A stretch of 64,000 nucleotides of DNA from a virus, in the IMG/VR virus record IMGVR_UViG_3300045988_160931, positions 1 to 64,000 of that record. One strand, 5' to 3'. The notes beneath the pieces were generated by a model that was given only the letters and a program-made list of their open reading frames with translations, did not search any database and was not told the DNA's origin. The position numbers and the translations under genes are program-made. How positions within the stretch are numbered: position 1 is the first letter of the stretch; each line of letters starts with the position of its first letter. This document shows positions 7,747 to 16,841 of this stretch, piece after piece.

Positions 7747-8472
7747 ATGAGTACTGTGGCAGCAACAATGGAAAGATGTTTTACGCTTACCAGAACAGGG
7801 AAAAGCAACAACAACACATCTCATAAGCAGCGTGGTGTTTCTTCTGAAGTGTACGCATTCCAGACGGAAGAAGAACTCTGGGCAATGATTGAAAGATTCA
7901 ACGAAAAGATTGCCGAGGCTAAGTCAGAAGAACAGGAGAGAATCCAGAGCCGGAATAAGCTTTTGTTTTTGATCGGCATAAATGTTGGACTGAGATGTTC
8001 TGATTTGGTCAGCTTGAAATGGAGTTTCTTTTTTGATGAGAACATGAAAATGCGGCAAGGATATTCTCTTGCTCCTAAAAAGACGAAAAATAAAATCGTA
8101 AAGTTGCGGTTTAACGCTGCAATTGAAAAAGCGATTATGGAATACATTGAAAAGTATCCTATTCGAGACTTGAATGATTATGTATTTGAGTCACGAAAAG
8201 GGGAACATCTCTTGGAAAGATGTGTGTGTAGAATCATAAAAGAAGCTGCACAAGATGTTGGGATTGAACGGAATATTGGCTCACACTCTTTAAGAAAAAC
8301 ATTTGGGTTCTGGTGCTGGCATAATGCACAGGATTCAGATAAAGCATTGGTTATCTTACAGAAGATATTCAATCATTCTTCTACGCAGACAACGCTACAG
8401 TATATTGGTGTGCTGCAACAGGAGATGGATGATATGTATGAGAACCTTGATCTTGGAATTGATTTCATTTAA
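7747..8472 (+). CDS. small tyrosine recombinase (phage integrase family, 241 aa)
   Basis: LRCSDLVSLKW, GSHSLRKTFG and HSSTQTTLQYI match the R...H-x-x-R...Y catalytic core. Confidence 0.8.
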   Translation: MSTVAATMERCFTLTRTGKSNNNTSHKQRGVSSEVYAFQTEEELWAMIERFNEKIAEAKSEEQERIQSRNKLLFLIGINVGLRCSDLVSLKWSFFFDENMKMRQGYSLAPKKTKNKIVKLRFNAAIEKAIMEYIEKYPIRDLNDYVFESRKGEHLLERCVCRIIKEAAQDVGIERNIGSHSLRKTFGFWCWHNAQDSDKALVILQKIFNHSSTQTTLQYIGVLQQEMDDMYENLDLGIDFI

Positions 8473-8485
8473 GGAGATGTGGGTT

Positions 8486-9172
8486 ATGACAATAAGCGAT
8501 AAACTAATTACAGAAGATGAATTTAATGCTATTATAGATTACTTGGAAGAACAAGATTTTAATTTTTATACCGGAGATGGTGAAGTCGAAATTCTAAATG
8601 CAAAGTATTTTTCAACACTGTTTCAAGCCATATACAATGGCGTATTTAACAATGAAACGAATGCAGTACTTGATATTATTTGTGCCTTGACAATTGACGA
8701 TCTGAACATTGGCAAGGATAAAGCTGCTGTAACAATTTATCATGGGAAAGAAAACGAGTATACTGTAGATATCCCTAGACAACTTGGGATTGATATGTTC
8801 AATGTAGCTACTGATGATTTTTATTGTAGAAACAGAAATGGAGTTTTTCGAGTAAATAACATGATACAAACAGAAAAATCAATTTTCAAAACGCCTTCTA
8901 AAAGAACAGGTGGGACAGATTATAAGAGCGCTCCCACTTATCTTCGAAGAATAGCAAAAAAAATAATTCAAAAGGTATTTAATGGAGAAAAAAATATTTC
9001 TTTTAAGGCAATATATTTTTCTGGCATATTTAATAGAATACAAAATGCCGGGATAGAGCTGAAGTTCCAAAATCTTTTGGAAGGTGAAGGACGAAAACTT
9101 TATGAAAAAGAATGCAAAAGAGTTGGATTGAAAAGTCCTTATATGGTGCTTCGGCATTACTTTTGTTGCTAA
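8486..9172 (+). CDS. hypothetical protein co-transcribed with the small recombinase
   Basis: ORF 8303..9172; ATG 8486 lies 9 nt after AAGGAG. Confidence 0.7.
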   Translation: MTISDKLITEDEFNAIIDYLEEQDFNFYTGDGEVEILNAKYFSTLFQAIYNGVFNNETNAVLDIICALTIDDLNIGKDKAAVTIYHGKENEYTVDIPRQLGIDMFNVATDDFYCRNRNGVFRVNNMIQTEKSIFKTPSKRTGGTDYKSAPTYLRRIAKKIIQKVFNGEKNISFKAIYFSGIFNRIQNAGIELKFQNLLEGEGRKLYEKECKRVGLKSPYMVLRHYFCC

Positions 9173-9205
9173 GGCTTAGTAACAACATAAGATAATTGAA
9201 TATCA

Positions 9206-9248
9206 TTTTTTTCGTGTAGTGGTATATGATTTTTCTACACGAAAAAAA
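9206..9248. terminator. bidirectional terminator
   Basis: TTTTTTTCGTGTAG ... CTACACGAAAAAAA perfect inverted repeat with a 15-nt loop. Confidence 0.7.
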
Positions 9249-9264
9249 TAGAATTGAATTGTGT

Positions 9265-9305
9265 TTATTTACACAAACAGTTATTTACAATCAAAACTAT
9301 TTACA
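9265..9305 (+). repeat. three phased direct repeats (T/C)TATTTACA
   Basis: Copies start at 9265, 9281 and 9297 (16-nt register), upstream of the Bro-N gene. Confidence 0.6.
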
Positions 9306-9354
9306 GCTATCAAAAACGGATGGCTGGGATAAAATTACAAAAGGAGAAAAGATC

Positions 9355-9753
9355 ATGAACGAGAACTTAATCATTCAGAAAGGTAGTGAACCATGGTTTG
9401 CTGGTGAAAAAATCGCAAATTTTTTAGGGTTTAAGAACCCATTAGATGCGTTAAAACACTATGTATCTGACGAAAACAAATCATTTGATGTTGTTGTGTC
9501 AGAAGAACAAAGTTGTCCTATATGTGTCATCAATGAGTCTGGTTTATACGAGCTGATTCTTTCCAGCGATTCTCCGATAGCAAAAGAATTTCAACATTGG
9601 ATATTTCATGATGTTTTGCCGTCAATCCGGAGAAATGGAGTTTATATGACAGAGGATTTCATGAAATACGCATTAAAGCATCCAGACTTTATGATATATT
9701 TCCTACAGAATTACAAAGCAGAAAGCCAAGCTAGTATAAAGCAAAAATTATAA
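9355..9753 (+). CDS. Bro-N domain antirepressor-like protein
   Basis: WFAGEKIANFLGF...INESGLYELILSSDSPIAKEFQHWIFHDVLPSIRRNG fits the Bro-N pattern; ATG 9355 follows AAGGAG. Confidence 0.8.
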   Translation: MNENLIIQKGSEPWFAGEKIANFLGFKNPLDALKHYVSDENKSFDVVVSEEQSCPICVINESGLYELILSSDSPIAKEFQHWIFHDVLPSIRRNGVYMTEDFMKYALKHPDFMIYFLQNYKAESQASIKQKL

Positions 9754-9792
9754 TAGCTAAAATTTACAATAATAAAACAGGAGGAGTTTATT

Positions 9793-10572
9793 ATGAGCGA
9801 AAACATGAGTATGATTAAGGTTACTTACGGTGATAATGATACACCTACGGTATCGGGACGGGAACTGCATAAGGCGTTAGGCGTCAAGACCGCTTATAAA
9901 GATTGGTTCCCTAGAATGTGCGAATATGGGTTTAGTGAGGGTGTCGATTTCAACCCGCTCATTTTTGAGCAAGTTCGTACTGAGGGTAAACGGGAAGTTG
10001 TACGAGAAATTACCGATCACCAGCTGACAATCCCCATGGCAAAGGAACTCTGTATGCTCCAGCGGACAGACAAGGGTAAGCAGATGCGACAGTACTTCAT
10101 TGCTGTAGAAGAACAATGGAACACGCCAGAGATTGTAATGTCAAGAGCTTTAAGAATGGCAAACAAAAATATTGTGTATTTGGAAGAAAAGAATACTGCT
10201 CTTGAATCTAAAATTGCAGAGGATGCACCGAAGGTAGAATTTGCAAATGCCGTAGCAGAATCAAGTTCATTGATTGATATTGGAACGCTGGCAAAACTGG
10301 CACGTGATGAAAATATTCCGATCGGAAGAAATCGTTTGTTTGATTGGCTACGGCAGCACAAATACATCATGGATAAAGAACATAAGTACGAACCGTATCA
10401 GACCTGGGTTGAAAGAGGTATCTTTGTAACAAAAGAATATGGCTACAGAACAGCATACGGTTATGAAACACAGACGAAGATTTTGGTGACAGGCAAGGGA
10501 CAGATTTACTTGATCGAAAAGCTGCGGAGCGAATTTTGCAAGAAAGAAAATGCAGTAGTAGTAAACCAGTAA
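9793..10572 (+). CDS. phage antirepressor (AntA N-domain + KilAC C-domain)
   Basis: GRELHKALGVKTAYKDWFPRMCEYGFSEGVDF (AntA-like) and APKVEFANAVAES...IGTLAKL (KilAC-like). Confidence 0.85.
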   Translation: MSENMSMIKVTYGDNDTPTVSGRELHKALGVKTAYKDWFPRMCEYGFSEGVDFNPLIFEQVRTEGKREVVREITDHQLTIPMAKELCMLQRTDKGKQMRQYFIAVEEQWNTPEIVMSRALRMANKNIVYLEEKNTALESKIAEDAPKVEFANAVAESSSLIDIGTLAKLARDENIPIGRNRLFDWLRQHKYIMDKEHKYEPYQTWVERGIFVTKEYGYRTAYGYETQTKILVTGKGQIYLIEKLRSEFCKKENAVVVNQ

Positions 10573-10645
10573 ATAAAAGTAAACAAACCAACTTGATTGG
10601 TATAAAATAAATTTAAGGCACACAGTGCAGAAAGAGAGTATTAAT

Positions 10646-10840
10646 ATGAGTAAGAAGAGTAGAAAGATGAAGAAAACAAATCTGATGAAGTGGGATGATC
10701 TTATTCGGAATACAAAAAAGATTACACCGTTTTGCGACAAAGACGGTAATGTAATCTGGGGAACGGATAAAAATGCAAAGAAGAAAAAGAGATTAAAGGA
10801 TGGTGGTGAGAATTGTCAAGAAGAGAACAACAATATTTAA
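10646..10840 (+). CDS. small lysine-rich protein
   Basis: ATG 10646 follows AAAGAGAG; its stop overlaps the next start (TAATG). Confidence 0.5.
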   Translation: MSKKSRKMKKTNLMKWDDLIRNTKKITPFCDKDGNVIWGTDKNAKKKKRLKDGGENCQEENNNI

Positions 10841-11382
10841 TGACGGAGAGCCAAAAAGCCTTAGTCTCTAAGCATCATAATCTGATCTACGGTTTTATGA
10901 GAAAGCATGAAATGATTCGCACTGACAAAACCGATGTTTCTAATTGGTATGGTATCCTTGCAATTGCTTTAATCAAAGCCGGATATAATTGGAATGAAGC
11001 AAGAGGTAGCTTTACATCATACGCATGGGGCTTAATGGCAAATGCGTATAAGGATGAGATTAAATCAAGAAAAAGAAGTAAACGAAACAGTATAGTTGTA
11101 AGTCTTGACGAGCCTATTGGTGTTTCGGATGGAGAAGCAGTTTGTATTGGCGATATCATTCCGGATGAATCTTCTGAAAATGACCTGGAAAATTACGTGA
11201 TAAATAAGATTATGTTTATCAATGTATTTGCTGTTCTTTCTCAGAAAGAAGAAGTGGTTGTGGAATCAAAAATGAATAGTCATACAAACAGAGAGATCGC
11301 ACAAAAGTTGAACTGCTCTGAGCAGAATATTGGATATATGATAAGAAAAATCCGTAAGAAAATATCGGTATATTTTGATTGA
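10840..11382 (+). CDS. sigma-70 family (ECF-size) RNA polymerase sigma factor
   Basis: About 180 aa. Region-2-like FTSYAWGLMANAYKDEI and a region-4 HTH (TNREIAQKLNCSEQNIGYMIRKIRKKI). Confidence 0.75.
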   Translation: MTESQKALVSKHHNLIYGFMRKHEMIRTDKTDVSNWYGILAIALIKAGYNWNEARGSFTSYAWGLMANAYKDEIKSRKRSKRNSIVVSLDEPIGVSDGEAVCIGDIIPDESSENDLENYVINKIMFINVFAVLSQKEEVVVESKMNSHTNREIAQKLNCSEQNIGYMIRKIRKKISVYFD

Positions 11383-11399
11383 CTTTAGGAGGTATCGGC

Positions 11400-11645
11400 A
11401 TGGAGGGCAAAACAAATAATAAGAATACAAATTTTACAGAAGAGGTTGTAAAGGGCTTAGGTGATTTAAGCGCTAAGTTCGTGGAACAGGTTGTAAAATT
11501 TGCAGACGATATCGGCGTTAATCGGACGCAGGCAGTAAACATTTGCGTAAAGGTTTTATCTTATGCAATGAGTAAGAATGTCAGCTATGACAAGTATGAA
11601 GTGGAGGACGATGACAATGGGAAAAACGCAGGCAGCTCAAAGTGA
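11400..11645 (+). CDS. hypothetical protein
   Basis: AGGAGG SD, ATG 11400. Confidence 0.6.
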   Translation: MEGKTNNKNTNFTEEVVKGLGDLSAKFVEQVVKFADDIGVNRTQAVNICVKVLSYAMSKNVSYDKYEVEDDDNGKNAGSSK

Positions 11646-11904
11646 TTCAAGTAATGAAATTACTTTACGTGATTTTATGCAGAATGACACAAAGAAGGTA
11701 ACGGAACTGATTAACCAGTATCCATATCAGATTCCAGTACAGGCAATTGCCGAGTGGTGGAAGTGTGATGCAGATAGCATCCGTAGAGCATTGGAACAGT
11801 CCAGTGTTTTTGGAATCGGGTTCCGGCAGGCTGGGAAATTGAACCGTGCATTTGTAATCCCTACAGGAAAATTTGTTCGTTGGTATCTTGGTATGAGAGA
11901 ATGA
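11617..11904 (+). CDS. hypothetical protein
   Basis: GGAGGA 11603-11608, then ATG 11617 (or 11611). Confidence 0.55.
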   Translation: MGKTQAAQSDSSNEITLRDFMQNDTKKVTELINQYPYQIPVQAIAEWWKCDADSIRRALEQSSVFGIGFRQAGKLNRAFVIPTGKFVRWYLGMRE

Positions 11905-11920
11905 GAGAGGAGGAAAAATA

Positions 11921-12604
11921 ATGGCAAATAAAAATCAGCTAATCCCGATTGATGAATACGGATTGTTCGCAGATAAGAATGATACTGCTAGAGTGGATAG
12001 CAGATATGTGGCAGAGTGTTTTGAGAAACCGCATAAAACAGTTCTCCGAAATATCGATGCAATTCTTTCTGAAGATTCTGGTTTTAGTCCGGAATTTAAT
12101 CAGCACAATTTTGTGCCGATTACCTATACAGATCAGAGGAACAGAAAGCAACGTTGCTATGCAATCACAAGAGACGGGTTTACTGCATTGGCAATGGGAT
12201 TTACAGGTAAGAAGGCTGCGCATTTCAAAGAAATGTATATCCGTAGATTCAATGAAATGGAAGAACACATTAAATCTCTTGTATCTGCTAGACAGGAGTT
12301 CCCGTTGCTTACTGATAACATTAAGCTGGCTTATGACAATCCAAAACCGTATCACTACAGTAATGAATGCGACATGATTAACCGTATTGTTCTTGGCATG
12401 ACTTCGAAGCAATACAAGATCGCACATGATATCCCCAGCAATGAAAGCATTCGTCCGTACTTGTCTGAAGATCAGATCAAATTGCTGGATGTTTTGCAGA
12501 AGGTTGACATTGGTTTGTTGTTCTCTGTTCCGGATTATCATAAGAGAAAACAGCTTTTGGAATCGTATGTTGTGAGAACAAACAGAAGTCTGATTACAGC
12601 TTAA
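11921..12604 (+). CDS. Rha family phage regulatory protein
   Basis: RVDSRYVAECFEKPHKTVLRNIDAIL ... ITRDGFTALAMGFTGKKAAHFK fits the Rha pattern. Confidence 0.8.
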   Translation: MANKNQLIPIDEYGLFADKNDTARVDSRYVAECFEKPHKTVLRNIDAILSEDSGFSPEFNQHNFVPITYTDQRNRKQRCYAITRDGFTALAMGFTGKKAAHFKEMYIRRFNEMEEHIKSLVSARQEFPLLTDNIKLAYDNPKPYHYSNECDMINRIVLGMTSKQYKIAHDIPSNESIRPYLSEDQIKLLDVLQKVDIGLLFSVPDYHKRKQLLESYVVRTNRSLITA

Positions 12605-12677
12605 TTCAAGTGTAAAAAATTTAACAAAAGCTGTGCTATCAGGCTATACGGGCGTGTGAGTGTGAGGAAGTATTGCT

Positions 12678-12965
12678 ATGAATGAATTACAAAAAGTAAA
12701 GCAGTTCCATGTTTGGGAATCTACATATGATTTATATGATTGGTCGAAAGAAGTCCCAGAGGTTGCAGGGAGTCCTATCAATAATGTAATAGATGGGGTA
12801 TTGGTTTCTGCATCTTCAAAAGTTCCAAAACCAAAATGTAAAAAGACAGGATATTCTACATGGGAATGGTTGTTGCACTGGAAAAACACATTTAAGCAGA
12901 CTGTATTGGGTGTTTCTCCAAAGGAAATAATGCAGGATTACAAGAGAATGCTTGATGCAAGATAA
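12678..12965 (+). CDS. hypothetical protein
   Basis: GAGGAAG SD, ATG 12678. Confidence 0.6.
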   Translation: MNELQKVKQFHVWESTYDLYDWSKEVPEVAGSPINNVIDGVLVSASSKVPKPKCKKTGYSTWEWLLHWKNTFKQTVLGVSPKEIMQDYKRMLDAR

Positions 12966-12992
12966 TGATTGACAGGTAGGTGATGATATACT

Positions 12993-13265
12993 ATGCCGGA
13001 GATCAAACATAACTCTGGTTATGCAGCTTTAGGAAATGCAATTGTGGCACAGGCAGCGTATGATTATTATAATGCCTTGGAATTGAGATATAAAACGCCA
13101 GGTTCTTTGGGCAGCTATTACAGAGTAAAAAACCTAGAAAATTTTCTAAAATCTGATTGGTGTTATTTCATTTCTTCGATTGACCCGGATTACATTATTT
13201 CTTATTGCAGGCATAGAATTAGAGAAAAATACAGAAAGGACAACGATAATGTTCAGAGCATATGA
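12993..13265 (+). CDS. hypothetical protein
   Basis: ORF with SD-like AGGTAGGTGA upstream. Confidence 0.6.
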   Translation: MPEIKHNSGYAALGNAIVAQAAYDYYNALELRYKTPGSLGSYYRVKNLENFLKSDWCYFISSIDPDYIISYCRHRIREKYRKDNDNVQSI

Positions 13266-13683
13266 CGTACAGAGAAAGTGTTGGTTATACAATATTCTGA
13301 TAAATCCATATGGATATATTTATCAGAAGAAAAAATTCTTTCTGAAAAAACTAAACGAAAAAAAGATCAGTGTTTATAGAGATACTGGATGTAAGGATAT
13401 CGATGGGAGTCTAATCTTTGAAGGAGATATTTTTAAGGACTCAGAAGGTAAGTGCGGCATTGTTTTCTATGCAGATGAAATTGCAGCATTCTTGTTTTTT
13501 GTCTACGAAGAAAATTCTGCATATGCTTTTGGAAAAGACTTATATGAAAAGGGATATATTATCGGCAATGTGCTTGATAATTATGACTTAGTCAAAAAAT
13601 ATCTTGAACCAGAAGAAAATGAGAATTCGAATAAGGGTGAGGAAAGTGTCAAAAAAGAAAATGGAGAAGAAAACATATCATAA
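13249..13683 (+). CDS. YopX-family protein
   Basis: MFRAYD...DGSLIFEGDIF...IIGNVLDN fits the YopX pattern; ATG 13249 follows AAAGGA. Confidence 0.7.
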   Translation: MFRAYDVQRKCWLYNILINPYGYIYQKKKFFLKKLNEKKISVYRDTGCKDIDGSLIFEGDIFKDSEGKCGIVFYADEIAAFLFFVYEENSAYAFGKDLYEKGYIIGNVLDNYDLVKKYLEPEENENSNKGEESVKKENGEENIS

Positions 13684-13936
13684 AAAGTGTGCTGTGTGCG
13701 GTGTGGAATTTGATACGTTTACAGATAGACAAATTTATTGTTCTTCCCAGTGCAGATTGAAAGCACAGGTCGGCGTTGCAAAAAAGAGATGTTCTCCTTC
13801 GCTTAAATCTTGTTTGAATTGTACGAAAAAGGAATGCACATATGCTGAAAGACCTACAGAAGAAGAAATGGATATCATTAAAGATGCTAACCTTGGTGAG
13901 AATCTTCTTACTGTAGAGATGAAAGTTGGTGGATAA
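13646..13936 (+). CDS. zinc-ribbon protein
   Basis: CAVCG...CSSQC motifs; GTG 13646 follows GGGTGAGGA (alternative ATG 13661). Confidence 0.55.
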   Translation: MSKKKMEKKTYHKKCAVCGVEFDTFTDRQIYCSSQCRLKAQVGVAKKRCSPSLKSCLNCTKKECTYAERPTEEEMDIIKDANLGENLLTVEMKVGG

Positions 13937-14441
13937 TTTGGAGACCAATTGTGAGGACTGGTGTTCAGTAAGCTGTAAGCATTGCAAATATAGTCAATAT
14001 ACTGAGATGTTCCATGATAAAAAAACTATCATCCAATCGGAGTGTAAAAGAATAGATCATAATCATATTCGATTTGCAAAACCATTTTTTATCGTATACG
14101 ATTGCGGCAGAATGCTTACTCATTGTTGTTCTGATTTTGAACCCAGTCCAGGGAATCCGTGGTTATATAATCATTGGGGTGAGATAGATATTATACTACC
14201 AAAAGAAAATGCTACAATTCCTTTTACGCTGGATGGAGATACTTCAACTTGGTATTATGTAAGGTATCTTGATTTTTACAACAATACATTTTTGAACACA
14301 GACGGTACGTTGAAATGGGTATACAAAATGTATTACAAGAAAGTAAGAAACACATTAGGGTATGTTTTAATGCGTGAGTATGCTGATGGTAAAGTATTCA
14401 AGAATGGTAAGCAGCCGTTTGGCTACATGAGCGTTCGATAA
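13926..14441 (+). CDS. hypothetical cysteine-rich protein
   Basis: ORF in the operon frame series; start codon uncertain. Confidence 0.6.
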   Translation: MVDNLETNCEDWCSVSCKHCKYSQYTEMFHDKKTIIQSECKRIDHNHIRFAKPFFIVYDCGRMLTHCCSDFEPSPGNPWLYNHWGEIDIILPKENATIPFTLDGDTSTWYYVRYLDFYNNTFLNTDGTLKWVYKMYYKKVRNTLGYVLMREYADGKVFKNGKQPFGYMSVR

Positions 14442-14466
14442 ATGTAAATAAAAGTGAGGTTTTATT

Positions 14467-15225
14467 ATGAAAAATATTAAAGGTTATAAAGTTTTTAACT
14501 CTGATTGGACTTGCAGAAACAAACAATATACTTGTCCGGGGAAATTTGAAGAAGATGTAGAACTCGATGTTTGTAGTCGTGGATTACATTTTTGTAAAAA
14601 AGCAATAGATTGTTTTAATTATTATGATTTTGATTCAAATAATCATGTTGCAGAAGTAATTGCATATGGTAAAGTAGAGGAAGATGGTGATAAATGTTGT
14701 ACAAATAAATTAGAAATCGTAAGAGAGTTATCATGGCATGAAGTTTTGGATATTGTAAATACTGGGAAGGATTGTACTGGTAATTGCAACAGCGGTAATT
14801 GGAACAGCGGTAATCGGAACAGCGGTGATTGGAACAGCGGTGATTGGAACAGCGGTGATTGGAACAAAACAAATTATTCTAATGGATGCTTTAATACAAT
14901 TGAACCTAAAATTAAGTTGTTTAATAAAGAATCTAATTTGACTTATAATGATTGGGTTCTGAGCGATGCAAGAGATTTGCTTAATAAAATTCCAACAGAA
15001 ATTCTTGAATGGATATGGTTTGATGATATGTCTGAAGAAGAAAAAGAAGCAAATCCAAATGCTAAAGACACTAATGGTTATTTGAAGATAATGAAATCAC
15101 ATGAATGTGCCCAGGATTGGTGGGATAAATTAAAAGATACAGATAAAAAGATTATTTTAGGCATCCCTAATTTCGATAGAGAAATTTTCAAAGAAATTAC
15201 TGGGATTGATGTTGGAGAGGAGTAA
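14467..15225 (+). CDS. pentapeptide-repeat (NSGxW) protein with a conserved N-terminal domain
   Basis: KGYKVFNSDWTCRNKQYTCPGKFE...GLHFC N-domain, then GNCNSGNWNSGNRNSGDWNSGDWNSGDWN. Confidence 0.75.
   Translation: MKNIKGYKVFNSDWTCRNKQYTCPGKFEEDVELDVCSRGLHFCKKAIDCFNYYDFDSNNHVAEVIAYGKVEEDGDKCCTNKLEIVRELSWHEVLDIVNTGKDCTGNCNSGNWNSGNRNSGDWNSGDWNSGDWNKTNYSNGCFNTIEPKIKLFNKESNLTYNDWVLSDARDLLNKIPTEILEWIWFDDMSEEEKEANPNAKDTNGYLKIMKSHECAQDWWDKLKDTDKKIILGIPNFDREIFKEITGIDVGEE
14773..14867 (+). repeat. 15-bp in-frame tandem repeat (about 6 units)
   Basis: AACAGCGGT(A/G)AT(T/C)GG units at 14788, 14803, 14818, 14833 and 14848, plus a degenerate unit at 14773. Confidence 0.85.
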
Positions 15226-15230
15226 AAGTA

Positions 15231-15569
15231 ATGAAGTTTAGTATTGGCGATGTTTTTGAAGTTACAGAAACTTATAATGGAAAATCTGTGTTGTCGAATG
15301 AGGAAGTGACAATTCCAGAGGGAGAAAAGATAATTATTGGGGCAGATAAGTTGGCACACCATATTAGCAGTGGTATGATTTCTCCAATTGGAGAAGCTTC
15401 TACTGTAGAAGGACATAATGCAGAAGGAATTGCAAAATATATTTGTTTATTTTTAAGATCACATTTGGCGTTCGATCTTGATGAAATGCTTGAAGGATAT
15501 GATCTTACGATGAATGATCTTGCTTATGAAATTCAATATGCTCTTGAAGAAATTGGATTCTATAAATGA
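15231..15569 (+). CDS. hypothetical protein
   Basis: GGAGAGGAG SD. Confidence 0.65.
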   Translation: MKFSIGDVFEVTETYNGKSVLSNEEVTIPEGEKIIIGADKLAHHISSGMISPIGEASTVEGHNAEGIAKYICLFLRSHLAFDLDEMLEGYDLTMNDLAYEIQYALEEIGFYK

Positions 15570-15584
15570 AAAGGATGATTTTAT

Positions 15585-15812
15585 ATGACGGTAAAACAAC
15601 TTATCGATGAATTAAATGCAGTGCCAGAAGAATTATTAGATTCTGAAATCACATATAGACATTGTTTTGAAGGCGAAAACAAAACAATCCCTATCGGAAC
15701 ACTATACGAAACACTCCCTATCGAAACACTATATTGTATAGTCGATGAAGATGGAAGTTTTGAAAAAGACGGGGAAATATGTTTTACGATTAAACAAGTT
15801 TTCTTGGGATAA
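15585..15812 (+). CDS. hypothetical protein
   Basis: AAAGGATG SD. Confidence 0.6.
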   Translation: MTVKQLIDELNAVPEELLDSEITYRHCFEGENKTIPIGTLYETLPIETLYCIVDEDGSFEKDGEICFTIKQVFLG

Positions 15813-15836
15813 AAATAATATTGAGGCGGTGATACA

Positions 15837-16007
15837 ATGATTTTCTTTGTTGTATGTTTCACAGTGATAGGTATCTTTAGTTTGTACCTTGGATTGTATA
15901 AGTGCTTTGCAGGAGGTTATTTGAGCAGCAAGATAATTCCTATGATAGTCGGGACTATTTTCATGTTGTTGTCTGTAGCTGCGTTTGTTATTCGCAATTA
16001 TCAATGA
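15837..16007 (+). CDS. small membrane protein (56 aa)
   Basis: ATG 15837 follows GAGGCGGTGA; two hydrophobic helices; fills a gap in the ORF track. Confidence 0.5.
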   Translation: MIFFVVCFTVIGIFSLYLGLYKCFAGGYLSSKIIPMIVGTIFMLLSVAAFVIRNYQ

Positions 16008-16022
16008 TTGGATGGTGATATA

Positions 16023-16418
16023 ATGTGGTGGATTATTCCGACAATTATTGTCAAAATGTTTTGCTTTTTGATAGGTGTAGTGATTGCTGTTGCAATATAT
16101 ATTGAAATAAATTGTCTTGAAGAATCATCTATGAATACTTTTTTTATATCTTTGATAGCAATTTTTTCTGCAATCGTTTGTGTTTCTGTTATATATGGTT
16201 CTATTTCAATAGGTGATTCTATTCTTAGTAGCATTACAAGAACTTATGATGTAGCAGAGGTCTATCAAATAGAGCCATATAAAACAATAATCGTATTTGA
16301 ATACGGTGATGAATTAAGATACATCTACAAAAATGACAATTATAGTTCTTACGAAAATAGTACACAAATAGATGTGTCCATAAATGACTTATATAATTCT
16401 AGTGTAGTAAATAAATAA
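16023..16418 (+). CDS. membrane protein
   Basis: ATG 16023 follows GGATGGTGA; two N-terminal hydrophobic helices. Confidence 0.6.
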   Translation: MWWIIPTIIVKMFCFLIGVVIAVAIYIEINCLEESSMNTFFISLIAIFSAIVCVSVIYGSISIGDSILSSITRTYDVAEVYQIEPYKTIIVFEYGDELRYIYKNDNYSSYENSTQIDVSINDLYNSSVVNK

Positions 16419-16432
16419 GCGGAGGGAATACA

Positions 16433-16771
16433 ATGGATTACTTAGATTTTAGAATTGCAGTCGATAATGCAAAAGAAGCAATTTATCAAATTGATTCTTT
16501 TATTAGGATTTTGAAAGAAACTCTCGATAAGGATGATGCCTATAGAGAAGATACTATCTTGGTTTGGGAAGAAAAAAGAGAAAAACTTTGCAGAGAATTT
16601 GGTTTATCTATTGAACAGGCAATAAATCCAGACTATTTTCATGATTATCCAGATGTTGTAAGATACATCATTGCTGGTTTGTCAAGGTTCTACGATCAAG
16701 ATGGGGATGAGTATATCGTTGAGAATTTAGGCGAGTTCTATGATGATTTAGTAGACGGTCGATTTGATTAA
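16433..16771 (+). CDS. hypothetical protein
   Basis: GGAGGGA SD. Confidence 0.65.
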   Translation: MDYLDFRIAVDNAKEAIYQIDSFIRILKETLDKDDAYREDTILVWEEKREKLCREFGLSIEQAINPDYFHDYPDVVRYIIAGLSRFYDQDGDEYIVENLGEFYDDLVDGRFD

Positions 16772-16776
16772 TTCTT

Positions 16777-16818
16777 ACTTTAGAAAAGCAATAAAAAATC
16801 GTATTATATAAGTATAAG
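16777..16818 (+). promoter_or_regulatory. conserved bipartite promoter motif, copy A
   Basis: ACTTTAG-N16-CGTATTATATAAGTATAAG; ends 24 nt before ATG 16842. Confidence 0.55.
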
Positions 16819-16841
16819 AATAATTTTTGGAGCGTGATTTG

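Noticed and set aside
8303-8485. N-terminal extension of ORF 8303..9172 overlapping the recombinase gene
   Set aside because: The extension overlaps 170 nt of gene 7747..8472 in another frame, whereas ATG 8486 has a well-spaced AAGGAG. Similar long extensions were trimmed at 964, 4496, 9226, 13180, 17785, 18290, 23502, 24108 and 46444.
14773-14867. Possible CRISPR-like array
   Set aside because: The units are contiguous 15-mers with no spacers, and they are in frame inside a protein-coding gene (pentapeptide repeats).
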